In this document: in pieces, positions 15,560-27,949 of the stretch
Numbering within the stretch: the first letter of the stretch is position 1
How the letters are laid out: the number at the start of each line of letters is the position of its first letter
DNA from: the human T2T-CHM13v2.0 reference genome, Homo sapiens
DNA length: 64,000 nt
Reading direction: 5' to 3' (one strand)
NCBI RefSeq assembly: GCF_009914755.1
Contig: NC_060927.1
Position numbers and translations under genes: made by a program
Notes under the pieces: generated by a model
Told to the model about the DNA's origin: nothing
Databases searched by the model: none
The model's input: the letters and a program-made list of their open reading frames with translations, nothing else

Positions 15560-16110
15560 CACAGCTGGGCGATGGGATGCCAACTCCTTGCCCAGGTAGC
15601 TCCAGGACGGCGCTGCAGCAGGAGTGTCCCTGATCCCGGGTGGTCGCTCTCCAGCCCGCCAGGCTCTCCGACGGGCTCAACCCGCAGCCCCTGGCCGGGG
15701 CTGGGGCCGGGACGCCAGGCCCCTGTGGGGACGGTTCCCTCCAGCAGTTGGCGAGGCTCGGCCGGCCAAGGGGCCGGTTCCTCCCGCTGGCAGCCGCCCG
15801 GCCGCCGCCTTCCGCCCTTGCCCGCCCGCGGCCGTCCCCGAGCCGCTCCCGGCCGGGCCTTGAGCGCCTTTTCCTCTTCCCGGCGCCCCGGCCGCCCGGC
15901 GCGTCCAGCTAAGCAGGAAGGGCCCGCCCGCGCCCAAGGCCAGGGCCTCAGCCGGAGGTCGCCCGCCGCCAGGGGCCGCTGCGGCGCCGGGGACGCGCGA
16001 GGCCTGAGGGTCTCCCAGGCGCGCCCAAGACCCATCCGCGCCGGCCGCCTGCCCTGCTGCGTCTGCCCACTGCCCCTGGGGCGCGTGATGGTCCCCTCGA
16101 CGCTCCGCCC
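15560..16110. promoter_or_regulatory. CpG island
   Basis: ~550 bp of very high GC with dense CpG, not repeat-derived, multiple ccgccc GC boxes. Confidence 0.85.
15965..15980 (+). promoter_or_regulatory. CTCF-like motif
   Basis: GCCGCCAGGGGCCGCT vs consensus GCC(A/G)CCAGGGGGCGCT, one core mismatch. Confidence 0.4.
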
Positions 16111-16487
16111 TGGCTTCCCCCATTAGTGCCATTAGTGCCTGTGTGAGTGGGACCTGGGTTGGAGGGACCTGCCAAGCTAACCCTAGGGGACCCCTCCTCC
16201 AGGGAGCCACCTCCCCCTCGCACTTTCGAGGGGAGTGGCTGCCCAGAGATAACCAGAGACTACAGGGCGCCTTGGGCCACCTCTCTGGAAGGCACAGACA
16301 GGTGCCATCCTTTTCTGGGCCTGAAGGCTTTCCCAGAGAGCAGGAGGAGGAAGTCCCGGGAACATCCCATTAAGGAGATGACACTCTCTTAGGTGTCTAT
16401 AATATCGCTGCTTTGGAATCTCAGCGGCAGAATTCAGGACCCCTGCCCTCAGAGTTTCAGTACAGTGTAGCCATGAGGCACCCGGAT

Positions 16488-16650
16488 GGCTTGGGTTCAA
16501 ATCCCAGCTCTGCCATTTTCCAGGCAAGTCCCCTAACTTCTCTGGGCCTAGGTTTCCCATCTGTGAGATGGGGCTGCTGATGGTACCAGCCCCATCGGGT
16601 TGTGGCAAGGACTGGACACCCAGTGCAGTTAAGCTCTAGCACAGCACCCG
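16488..16650 (+). mobile_element. MIR
   Basis: gggttcaaatcccagctctgcca..tttcccatctgtgagatgggg. Confidence 0.8.
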
Positions 16651-17959
16651 AGGTGATGATTACCATCACTCGCTACAGTGGATTGGACTCACAGGGTCAG
16701 GAGCCCAGAGACTTACATTGGAGCACAGAGATTCAGGGTCTTGAGAAAGATAGCAGGATCTACCTTGCAGGGAATATTTGGTCCAAAATTTTCTCTTCCT
16801 GGGAAGAAAAGGAAAATGAGAGGCCCCAGTACATTGAGCCACAGTGGTGAAGTCTGTGCCAGGCCAAGACTGAGGCCTTGGAGATGCAAACCAGCTAGGT
16901 GGCAGGGGCCAGTTGCAAAACACTTTGAGCCCCAGGCTCCCCATCTGTAAAATGGGCACTGCTGCCTCTCATGCGGGGCACGTCAGGGATGGGGTGTAGC
17001 ACACATAGGTGCTTAGCAAACATGGGGAGGAGTCTCCCCTACTTTATCACACAGCAAGGGAGGCTTTCATGGGGAGACTGGGCCGGCTGTCTCCTTCTTC
17101 CCAGGAGAGAGTGATGACAACAGCTGTCGGGCCATCCTCGAAAGGTGCTGGGCAGGTGGAGGGCAGCCCTCGGTGCCCCTGGTTGTCCCCTGAGCCATCC
17201 ATCCCTCTTCCCTGCTGTGGCTTCCATGCCCTGAGCAGCAAGTGGGAGGTGAACAGTAGTTGGAGAGGGGGCAGGTGGGCACACCAGGTGTGGGTGCTTA
17301 TGAAGGCACAGATTCAGAGCAGGGACAGGTTCAACATCAGTGAGATGGGGGCTTTGTGACCATCTTCAGTAGCCTCGCACTGTACCTACATGGAACTGAA
17401 GCAGAGGAGGATAAGGGACTTGCCCAAAGCCACATGGCCAGACAGAGGTGTGTAGGACGAAGTGGGCCAAGCCCGTATGTCTCTTGCATGAGCAATGTCC
17501 ATGCCTGATTCATTTCTATAGACCCCTCTGTATCAGCATGGAGCAGCATGAAGATATATTTGTTGAGTGGATGACTGTGTCTGTCAGGCCACATTACCAA
17601 AGGTCTATACTTGCAACGAGGGAGGGGACATCCAGTTTTGCTTTATTCTCTGAGCTCTCTGGCTCCTATGCTCAGCTCCAGACACATCAGTGGACCCTGA
17701 GATGAACAGCAAGCCCTGGAGACAGCATTCTGTCAGGAGATGGGGTGGCTCAGCTTGGAGGGGGTCCCCACTGCTGTCCCTAATTCTCTGCAGGGTTGTC
17801 CTGGGGCAGAAGGGTTAGGAGGAGCTGGTAGATCTGTGGGCAGGACCGGGACCTTGGGAAGACAGGTCCCAAGCTTATGAAGAAGTCTCCCAGTTTTACT
17901 CATAGCTGCCGTATGGGGGTGAACAAGTTGGGACAGCTATTTAGTGGAAATGTTCATGC

Positions 17960-18310
17960 AGTTATTTTTCCAAAAGTCTTTATCGGTCACCTACTGTGTG
18001 CCAGACACTGGAGCTGATATTATTTTACTGGAGAATTTGATAGTCAACAAATAAACAAATCGATAGTATGACATTAGATGGAGACAAGTAGGAAGATGAA
18101 CAACAAAGCAGGACTGGGGTCAGAGGGCACCAGCGAGGGGCCTTGGTTAGACAGCGGGGCTGCCATTGGGCGGGAAATGGGATGATGTGAAAAGCGAAGC
18201 GAAGAGTGCGCCAGGCAGAGGGACCTGCAGGAGCAAAGGCTGGGAAGTGGGAATGTGCTGACAAGAGGCGTGGCTGGAGTGTAGTGAGCGAGACTCCCGG
18301 GCAGTACTGT
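17960..18310 (-). mobile_element. L2 3' end
   Basis: cacctactgtgtgccagacactg..aacaaataaacaaat. Confidence 0.7.
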
Positions 18311-18376
18311 GCCCTGCACCCCAGTGCCCTCTTGCCTTCTGCCCGGTGCAGTCACCCCTTCCTTACTCAAGCCCGT

Positions 18377-18456
18377 TCCACAGCCCCAAAGCTCCACGGC
18401 CCCAAAGCTCCACAGCCCCAGAGCTCCACAGCCCCAAAGCTCCACAGCCCCAGAGC
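18377..18456. repeat. 16-bp minisatellite, 5 copies
   Basis: tccac(a/g)gcccca(a/g)agc x5 in exact register. Confidence 0.95.
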
Positions 18457-18837
18457 TGCGTGGCTCCGGAAGGCTGCGTCAACCCCAGCGACCACACGGA
18501 GGCAGCAGAGAACACGGCTGGGACGAGGGCGGAGGGTGAGGACTGAATCTGAGCACCCTGGGGACTCCCAGGTAGCCGGGGCTGGAGACAGGACCCCTCC
18601 CTTGCTGCTTCTTTGTACCCAGCATCACATCTCTCTTCGAAAGTTCCTCCCTCCTAAGCAGCATGAACAGTGCCTGCTGAAATTACAGCTCCACTCCACT
18701 GCTCTGGAAGGCTCATCTCTTCAAGCCTCCATGCCTGCATCTGTGAAGTGGCAGCAAGCAGAGTTTCATCTCTAGGGGGGTACATCGCAAGTGCTCGGGA
18801 ACGTTGTCTTCTTGCAACCATGTGTGCCTCACACAAC

Positions 18838-19000
18838 TACCTGTGTGACTTTGGGCAACTCCCTGAGTCTCAGTTTCCACCCTCGTAAAGTGATGGTAGG
18901 ACTATGGTGTGGGGATCTTCTGTATGCCAGGTACACATGCATAATGCATGCACAGATCCTGGCACTTAGTCAATGCCCAGTGACAATAACTAGTAATCAT
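18838..19000 (+). mobile_element. MIR
   Basis: ctgtgtgactttgggcaactccctgagtctcagtttcc..cctggcacttagt. Confidence 0.7.
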
Positions 19001-20214
19001 GACAATTGCATTGATGACCTGGGGGCTTAGAGTCGGGAGAGACCTGCTATTCGGAGGAGAACATTGAAGCTTGGGAAGAAGAGGTGTTTGCCCACCATAT
19101 ACTCACCAGGAATGAGAGGCCCAGGGGTCCCCTCAAGACTTTTGTCCATTTGACAGATGGGGACGCTGAGGTCGGGAGAGGGTTGGCAGCCTGGCCAAGG
19201 CCACCCTGTGGCAGGCATAGGACTAGAATCCAAGATGCCTGCTTCCCTTCACGGCTCATCCAACCATGTCTTGGGGCCCTCCCTTCTAGGGCAGGTGGTT
19301 TCTCAGGCTGCAGCTCCGGATGTTCCTTTTTCTTCTCCAACCTCCCCCCGCCCACACCCATGCCAGACTGTGTAATCTTGGAAAGCTGCATTCTTGGAAA
19401 TCTGGTCCCTTCTAGTCTTTGAATTCTTCGAACTTCCTATTGGAGCTGCGGCCCCTAGTTCCCGATGGTGCCTGGGAGGGAGCCTCCTGATTTTGATGTT
19501 TTTCAGAGGGAATGAGGTGTTTCCAGTAGGTGGGCAGCCCAGGGTGGGTGGGTGGAGGTGGCAGTGTGGATGGCAGTTGGATGCAGAGAGGAGGAAGGGG
19601 ACTTGGGGGGGCACCTGTGAGCCCCCTTCCACGGGACTTTTCCCCGGGGTGCACTTTCCCCCTTGGCTTGGAGAGGAAACAGTTTTCCATGTTCCTTTCT
19701 CTCTGTGTGCTTGGGAGACACCCACAGCCCTCTTGGAATAATTCCTCTGAAACCTCCAATACCTCCAGCGTCTCCCGGGGTATTTTTCTTGTGGTTAAGG
19801 TGGTATTTACAGTGAAAACAGCTATTGAAACGAATCGCAAAAATAATGTCAGTGTTTCCACTTTTGACAAAAATGGGAAGGCAGGTGGTTTCATGTCTGC
19901 GATAAGCGCATTGCTCCTGCAATAATTACTATTTGAGATAATTATGAAAAAGAATTTAAATACTTAAGGCATGCACAGGGGCCAGGACAACTTTCTTTTG
20001 CCTTATTCATAATTTCTGCTGCAAGTTGGAGTCTTGTCCTGACTGGGACGTGGGGTGGGCGTGGGATGCTGAGGAGCAGTGGGCCAGTGGCAGACCCAGC
20101 ACTGAGACCTGCTCGAGGTTTAAGGGGCATGGTTGGGCCCAGAAAGAGTGCACATCTTGGAGTGGGACACACCTGGGTGGAAGATGAATGTTTTAGCAAG
20201 GCCATCCTAGACAA

Positions 20215-20360
20215 CTTTCTCTGCACCTCAGTTTCCTTATCTGTAAAATGGGGTGAATATTTGGGCCTTCCTTAGAGCATTGTATGGAAATTGAAGCAGA
20301 CAGTGTATGAAAAGCACTCAGTGCTCTACATGGTCTACAGCCAGGGCTCAACACGCGCTG
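20215..20360 (+). mobile_element. MIR
   Basis: cctcagtttccttatctgtaaaatgggg. Confidence 0.8.
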
Positions 20361-20974
20361 GGTCCCTTCCTGTGACATGGGAGGCCTGGGTGAGCTTCCG
20401 CTGCTCTGTTATCCACTGAGATCAAAGCTCAGAGTCTGAGAAGGCCCCAATGAGTCTGTATTTTCTTCCCTGCTCTCTCCTGCTTGAACTTCTTCCCAAA
20501 AGCAGAATTCAGAGAGTGGCAGGGCAGCAAATGCCCATGAGATTGGAGAGAAGCAGCCTCAGGGAGTCCTGGTCTCTGCCCCTGCGTGAGCCCAGAGGGT
20601 AGGCTGGGGCCAAGGACTGGAGGCCAATTCCACCTCTGTGTGTGGCCCGGGTTTCCCAGTTGGAACTCAGCAGGACTGGGCTGGACTGGGAGGGAGGAAC
20701 CATTCTCCCAGTCACCTGAGATGTCCAAGCAGCACCTGGGTGACCATCTGCCAGTAATGCTGTGAAAGGGGCAGGTGTTGGGCTGTTGGACCCCTGAAGA
20801 CCTCTAGTCCTGAGACTTAAGGGTGAGTCAGAACCAAGGTATCCTAGGGGCTCACAAGAGGTCAAGGCAGGTGCTGTTAGTTCTGCCCTGGCTCTGCCCT
20901 GACTCATCGCATGGGTCAATGCCTGACTCAGGCCTCACTTGCCCCATCTATGCAATAGGAGGGTTGGACTGTAA

Positions 20975-21410
20975 ATGAAAAACCCAAAGAACAATGGCTT
21001 CAAGAAAGGAGAAATTTCTATCTCATTCATATTTAAGCCTCAAGGTAGGTGGTACAGATCTGGCATGGGGAACAGCTTCCTTCTAGCTCCTGGCTCCACC
21101 TAACCAAGGAGGAAATCTGGTCCTTGTGGTCCAAGATGGCTGCCAGAGTTCCAGCCATCACATCTAAGTTCTAAGTAGGAGGGAAGAAGAAAAAAGGACA
21201 GACTGTGGGTATCAGATGTCTTTTAGGAAAGGCTCCTGGAAGCTGATGTGGGACACTTTTGCTTATATCCTACTGATCAGAGCTTCATCACACAGCCACC
21301 CTTAGATGCCAGAGAGGCTGAAAGTGAGGGCTTTATTCTGGGAGCCCAGCTGAAATTCAGGGAAAGAAGGGGAGGATTGTCCTGGGATCTACCAGCTGAC
21401 TCTGCCACAG
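20975..21410 (-). mobile_element. Old MaLR LTR (MLT1K/L-like)
   Basis: ccaagatggctgccagagttccagccatcacatc..ttttgcttatatc..agagaggctgaaa. Confidence 0.7.
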
Positions 21411-22099
21411 GACAATCTCGTCGGGTCCTTCTGCTTTGAGTCTTGGAGATTCTGAGGCTCTGGAAAGGCACAGTTTTCCATGACCCAGGCTTTAAGAACA
21501 GAATGTGGGCTAAGCTGAAATAAATGAGTTTTCAAAATTATAAGATTCTGGAATTTCCAAACACAGTGTGTGTGTGTGCATGGCATGTGTGCATGCATGT
21601 GTGTATGTGGCGTGTGTGTGTGGCGTGTGTGCCGAGGAGCACAGGTAGCAGATGTGGGGCTGTCGCAGGGCGGGGGCTGCTGGTGCCCCTTGGTGGGCAG
21701 CCTCTCTGGGCTCGCAGGCTGCTCCCTCAGCTCCTGGAATCTGCTCCTGCCGGCCTGTTTGTACACGTGCCTGTGTGCACTAGAGCCCCGGGGCCGGGGT
21801 GGTGGGAGGGGGGCGCCCAGGAATGCCTGCTGTTTTTAAGGCAGAGTTGTCTGTGCAGACTCCAGAGGTCTGGCTCCGCTGACGGGTGACTAGGGGGTGA
21901 AGGGCGCCCCAGAACAAGTTCCAGGCACCCAAGTGGGTGCGGAGGGGGTTATCAGGGTCAGAGCTGAGCTTCCATCTGATGGCCTCTCGGTTCTGAGTCA
22001 AGTATGAATTTTGTACCTACTTTGTGTAGGTTCTGGCCTTTAGGAGGTTGGGGCATTTTAATGCCTGTTCTGGAGGCAGGTGGAGGCCATGATCTGATT

Positions 22100-22650
22100 G
22101 GGCCTACACTGTCATATGCCCTGGGCAAAGGAAAAGTCTCTGCCCTCCAGGAGTCAATTAATACAGTCAATTAACAAAACAAATAGGCAAATAAATGGCC
22201 TGCACTAAGCTCTAGGGAACAAACCCAAGCAGGAAGTGGGGTGGGAGAGATGGCAGGGGTTGGAGTGATGGCGAGGCGATGGTCAATGACAGACTCACTG
22301 GAAAGGTGACTCTTGGGCAAACATTTGCAAGAGGAGGAGTGAGCCAAGTAGGCGTCTGAGACAGGGGCCTTCCAGGCGGTAGGCACATCCCAGGCAGAGG
22401 CCCCCAGGCAGGCATGGGCCTGGTGCGCTTGAATACTGTGCAAGGCCGGGGAGTAGCAGACTGGGTGCAGGGCGATCAGAGAGGCCACATGGCCAGAAGG
22501 TGTGCAGCACCTTGAAGCCACAGTATGGAGTTTGGTGTGGGTAAGGACTTTGGGCGGGGACCCTGTCAGGAGGTTCTGAACAGTGGAGGGTGGTGGTCTG
22601 ACCTAGGTTTACATGGCGTGCTCCTGGCTGCTGTGGGGAGAATGTAGATG
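22100..22650 (-). mobile_element. L2 fragment
   Basis: tctctgccctccaggag..aaggtgactcttgggcaaacatttg..ctggctgctgtggggagaat. Confidence 0.7.
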
Positions 22651-22929
22651 AGATAGAGGGTGGTGACTCAGTTTCCCCACAGGCTGTCTTCTCTTCCCCA
22701 GTGCCACAGAGCTCCAGGTTTCCCGGTTCTCTCCAGAGTCCTCCTGTTCTGGCCCCCTTTGGCCCTTCTCCACAGCCATTGTTCTGGTTCAGGGCTCATC
22801 TTCCCTTACTGGCGACTCTCTTGCTCCTGCCTCCTCTGGTTTTTAACTCCCTCATGATCGCAAAGTTGCTGCAGTGGTTCCAGGCGTCTCTGGCAGGATT
22901 TCCCGCAGAGCCAGCAGAGGTTCTGGCCT

Positions 22930-23200
22930 TTGGACCGATTGGCCCATTTTTATGCCTGTTCTGGGGGCAGGAGGAGGCCATGCACTGATTGGCTTGGACC
23001 TGGTTCATCTGGACCAATCGTGGAGAGAAAGGGGCGGGATGTCGTAGACCGGCCTTGGGTAGCCCGGCTAGCCGTTCCTAGTGGCCCGTGTGCGGCGTGG
23101 TGGGAAAGGGAGTACCCCGCCATGCCCACGGCTGTGCCCACGCTAGGAATGCGGTCTTTCCCGGGGGTAGCTTAGTGTCCCGTGGGAGGCGTGCCTGGGG
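22930..23200. promoter_or_regulatory. CCAAT x3 plus GC box followed by a CpG patch, probably in an old LTR relic
   Basis: ATTGG 22938 and 22988, CCAAT 23014, GGGGCGGG 23031, CpG-enriched to ~23200. Confidence 0.45.
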
Positions 23201-23254
23201 CTCCCTCATGCCCCAGCTGCTCCTGCCCCACGCCATCTTCAGGCTGGATTATTT

Positions 23255-23255
23255 A

Positions 23256-23332
<77 letters not shown>

Positions 23333-23661
23333 TATATATATTATTATACTTTAAGTTCTAGGGTACATGTGCACAACATGCAGGTTTGTTACATATGTAT
23401 ACATGTGCCATGATGGTGTGCTGCACCCATCAACTCGTCATTTACATTAGGTATACCTCCTAATGCCATCCCTCCCCACTTCCCCCACCCCACAACAGGC
23501 CCCGGTGTGTGATGTTCCCCTTCCTGTGTCCAAGTGTTCTCATTGTTCAATTCCCGCCTATGAGTTAGAACATGCGGTGTTTGGTTTTTTGTCCTTGCGA
23601 TAGTTTGCTGAGAATGATGGTTTCCAGCTTCATCCATGTCCCTACAAAGGACATGAACTCA
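23255..23661 (-). mobile_element. 5'-truncated L1PA (L1PA3/4-like) with microsatellite tail
   Basis: ttatactttaagttctagggtacatgtgcac..ggacatgaactca; exact 14-bp TSD aggctggattattt (23241-23254 / 23662-23675). Confidence 0.95.
23258..23322. repeat. Pure (CA)~32 microsatellite
   Basis: Seen directly. Confidence 0.95.
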
Positions 23662-23664
23662 AGG

Positions 23665-24418
23665 CTGGATTATTTTTCTATGGGGCTTGTAGCAAATTCC
23701 CACAAATGGGGCAGGCGAGAACAACACACACTTATTCTTTTGACGGTTCTGAGGGCCAGACATTCAAAATGGCTTTTATGGGACAAAATCGAGGTGTCGC
23801 CTGGGCTACATGCCTTCTGAGAAGCCCTTTCTGGCCCTTTCCAGATTTTGGAAGACACCTGCTCTCCTGGGCTCAGGGCCCCTCCCTCCATCCTCAAAGC
23901 CAGCAGCGAGGCCACCCCATCTCTTCCACTCGGACCTCCTGCCTTGCCCCATCTTTTTTTTGGAGACAGGGTCTCACTCTGTCGCCCAGGCTGGAGTGTA
24001 GTGGCAGATCTTGGCTTGCTGCCACCTCTGCCTCCCGGGTTCAAGGAATTCTCCTTGCCTCAGCCTCCGGAGTAGCTGTAAAGCGGGTCCATCAGTCCCA
24101 GGCATGGGCCACCAAGCTCGGCTAATTTTTTGTATTTTTAGTAGAGATGGGGTTTCATCATGTTGCCCAGGCTGGTCTTGAACTCCTGAGCTCAGGCAAT
24201 CCACTGGCCTCAGCCTCCCAAAGTGCTGCTTCCCTCTTATGGGGACCTTGTGATCACATTGGGCCCACCTGGGCAGCCTGGTGTAATCTCCCCATCTCCC
24301 CGTCCTTGATTAAACCACATCTGCAAGGTCTCTTCTGCTCTGCAAAATATTCCCGAGATTAGGATGTGGCCTTTCTTCTTGGCAGGGCGTGGGGGAGATG
24401 CAACATTTTCCTACCACA
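23665..24418 (-). mobile_element. MLT1C/D-like LTR interrupted by Alu
   Basis: caaattcccacaaa..ccatcctcaaagccagca..tgatcacattgggcccacctgg..cctaccaca. Confidence 0.75.
23954..24227 (-). mobile_element. Alu (old J/S type), lacks first ~30 bp
   Basis: Antisense dimer; gggacta segment replaced by taaagcgggtccatcagtcc. Confidence 0.9.
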
Positions 24419-25889
24419 GTGGCTTCATCCTACTCGGTGCTGGCATGGGGACTCTCTAACCCCGACTCCTCTCGGCCGCAGGCTGCCCCGATGGCTCAGG
24501 GTGGGTAGCTGAGTCCAGGCAAGCCCTGTGGCTGTCCCGTCCGCTGTCTCAGCTGCTGAGAGGTGTGTGGTGTTGGACGTGCCCTGGGTGAAATGCATGA
24601 GACTTGAGGTGGGAATGGTTTCCTTTTGCTCCCACCTCTGAACCAGAGCCTGTTCCCAGCTCTCCCTTCTCACCCTTCCCATGCGGGCCTTCCCACCTGC
24701 TTTCTGGGCTGGGGAGAGAAAAGGAAAGTGTCAGTGAAGACACAGGAATTGCCCCAAACCTGCAGCCATGGCTGCAAATCCAAGGGTGCACACTGGGGTG
24801 TCCTTGGCCTGAGTGCCAGCCTGCAGAGAGCAGGAGTGGGCCACTTGGGGACCCCATCCCACCAGGAAGCCTGAGAAAGCCCAGGTTGAGCCCGGCCCTG
24901 TGGAATTCTGGAGAGCCCGAGAAGCATTTGCACAGTCACCCAGCCGGGTTGGGACTGATGGACCCGCTTTACAGCGCAGGGAACTGAGGCTCCAGGTTTA
25001 GGGCCAAATTCCCCTCCCTCATCCCCAAGTTTCCCTGCTCCCTCACCACAGGCGCCCTTCCGTCCATGAGGGCCCTCTCTGGAGGGGCCTTCTTCAGCTT
25101 GCAGGGAGGTTTTATCTGAGACTCAGTGTTTTAAGTGATTCAATGAGGAGATTTCACATAGAAATCTGGATTTTTTTTTTCAAAAACAATATAATAACAC
25201 CAACAGGAGCAGCTGAGCTGCCTCTCTCATCTCCCTTCTGCTACCTGCGTTGCCTTTACAGCCCCAGCTGGTGCAGGGCCTCACCTCTCTTAGCCCCTCC
25301 TAGGACACTCTGTCCCACTGCTCTGAAGCTGGTGGGGCCTGGGAAGCAGGGACACACTTCGAAGCCTCGAGAAGCCACGATATCCTGGTCAAATCTGATA
25401 CAGGGATATCAATCCCCAGGGCAGGGTGCTGAGGACAGGCCCTGTCGCTGGAGGGACACATGGCAGCTGCCCGCTAATGCACAGGGGCCAAGCGAGTGGG
25501 TGGCTGCAGAGAAGGAACCATCCTGCCACAGCCTTCTCCAGATCACAGGCTTTGAAGATTTCCAGTCCCCGCAGACTTGGAGTGTAGACACCCAGCCCCG
25601 TCTTTGACTAGCTCTCTGACCTTCAGTGCTCCCTTGACCTTTCTGAGCCATAGTTTTCCCACCTGTGAACAGGTGCGTGGGTTGGGTGACATGTTCTATA
25701 AGAGGCTCTCCAGCCCAGGTGCTGAGATGCAGCCCTGAGCAGCATTTTAAAGTCATAAGGTGCTGGGTTCAAAGCCTGTTTCCATGTTACCCTCCCCAAA
25801 CCTCCACTTTCCCATCTGTAAAGGAGTCATTGGTCCCCCTGCCTCCTTCACATGGTTGCTGTTAACTGTGATGACAGTTAACTTGAACT

Positions 25890-26110
25890 TGCTTTATTAA
25901 GCATCCAGACTAAGGAGAGGAGGGACTTAGTGTATATGAAGTCCCTGCTGTTTGCCAGGCACTGTGTTTGACAGTGGAACCTCATGGCCATCCAGTAAGT
26001 TGGATTCATCCCTCCCTTAGTCGCACAGGGAAACTGAGGCTCAAGGAGGCCATGTGAGCTGCCCCCATGGGGTGGCAAGTGTGGGGAGATGTCTGGATTC
26101 GAACAGAGGC
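25890..26110 (-). mobile_element. MIR
   Basis: gccaggcactgtg..gggaaactgaggctca..ggattcgaac. Confidence 0.7.
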
Positions 26111-26809
26111 TCCTTCCTCCCACCTCAGCACAGGCGAGCCGCTGGGGAGGGAATGAGTTTGCGCTCCCTGAGGATTTCAGTGCTGGCTTCCAGCCTGCTG
26201 TGATGGGCGTGGGAGGTAGGTCGAGGTGCTGGGCAGGGCTGCCCAGGGTGGGGGCAGGAAGACAAGGGGGCCTTGGGTGCTGCCAAGAGGTATTGATTCC
26301 AGGCACCAGGCACTGGGCTGGGTCCCAGCCAAGAGATGAGGTCATGAAGGACGGGGACGGTGACTCCGGGGGCTGTGGCGTCCCCGCCGATGACGTGATT
26401 GCCAGACGTGAGGAATCTCTGCCTGGAAGATGCAGGCTCTCTCCTTCCTTCTCCTTGACAGTCCCCTTACTCCAGCCTGTTGTGTCTGGGGAAGGGAGGC
26501 TTATGGGCCCTGCCTTGCTGCTCTTGGGCTGTGTGACCTTGGACAAGTCACCACCCCTCTCTGGGCTTCCTCGGAACTCCAGGGCTCTGGCAGAACCTCT
26601 AATGGAGACCTTTGATCAGTTCTCACCCAAGGCTCTCAATCTCTTGGGAGGTTCAGACAGGCAGACTGGACTGTCTGGGAAGTGGGTCATCAGCAGCTCC
26701 CTGCAACCACTCACAACTGCCTCGGCTTCCCCACCAAGTCGTTAGGAATAGAAGGCAGTTATCCTCCTGGCTCCCTCAGGACTTCCCCCAGTATGGAGGC
26801 TGGAGTGTG

Positions 26810-27190
26810 CAGTGGGGAGTCAGGGCTCCAGGCTCTGCCACTTCTAGGCTGGGTGGCCTCAGGGAAATTGTTTAACCTCTCTGTGCCTAGTTTCCCATCA
26901 TGGTGAGGGCATGTGTAAAGCTGCCCTACACAGGGCCCGGCACGTGGTTGGAACTGAGAAATGGTGAGTGGGTGGGTAGAATAAGTTGTGCTCTCATCCA
27001 ATCACAGGCTTCCAGAGTCTGTTTGAGTTTGGGTCCCAGCTTTGGCGATGCTTAGCTGTGAAACCTTGGGTAGGTTGCCACCCTTCCCTGAGCCTCAGTT
27101 TCCCCATCTGTCAGGTGTCAATAGTATCTCCCAGATTGGAATCTGTGCGGGGTAAGCTTGGACACAGGGCTTGGCACCTGACGGCATGAA
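26810..27190 (+). mobile_element. Two adjacent MIR fragments
   Basis: tttaacctctctgtgcctagtttcccatc and ctgagcctcagtttccccatctgt. Confidence 0.7.
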
Positions 27191-27329
27191 AGGATAGGTA
27201 CTGCATCACCAGAGGACTGCAGATGGCAGACGGACCCATCCCAGGGACCAGAGTCATGAGGCCACCATTCTGGGACCCCTCTTGGCTATAGGACCACAAA
27301 GCCATGCATCTCTTTAAACTTTCCCTGTG

Positions 27330-27810
27330 AACTTAACCTGGGAATTGAAGTGGCTTTTAGGTGAAAAAATATTCAGATAAACAAAAGGAGGACAAGAATA
27401 CTTGCCTGCAAGTCCCTCTCGTAGACACGGTCATTAGCATCGCTAATCTCTTTTCTTATGCCCATATATACATATGTATATTTAGAAAGAAAGGACCATG
27501 CTATTTTTCATTTTAATACTATATAGTGCTCATGAATTTGTGCCATTAAACATTTCTCTATAATACCATTTCACACGGCCGCATAGTATCCGGCGCCTTG
27601 GCAGGGTGTGATATGTGCAGCCAAACCCTCCATCAACACTGCAGTGTTTCCTAGGTTTTCCCTGCTGTGGTGAACATGCCCCTGATCACCCTTGCCACTC
27701 AATCTTTGTCTACATCTAATGCTGCTTCCTTAGAATCAGTGTCTTGAAGCAAAATTGCCTGTTCAGAGTGAGCATTTTTAATGTTTGATTCGTGACACCG
27801 GTTCCTTACT
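27330..27810 (-). mobile_element. L1ME-type fragment
   Basis: AT-rich; ggccgcatagtatcc..ttccttagaatcagtgtcttgaagcaaaattgc. Confidence 0.55.
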
Positions 27811-27949
27811 CCCACAGCTGTGTGTTAGTTTTTATGCAAAATGTTCTGGGATCAAAAGTGATCCATGCTACGTTTGTTTCCTCCTTCATACAGAATTCCC
27901 CATGCTCTGGAAGAGCTGATACCCTCTAGGGAGGCAGGCTTTCTTCCTG

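Noticed and set aside
15520-16223. Arg/Pro/Gly/Ala-rich ORFs on both strands
   Set aside because: Expected by-product of a CpG island; a non-coding or short first exon cannot be excluded
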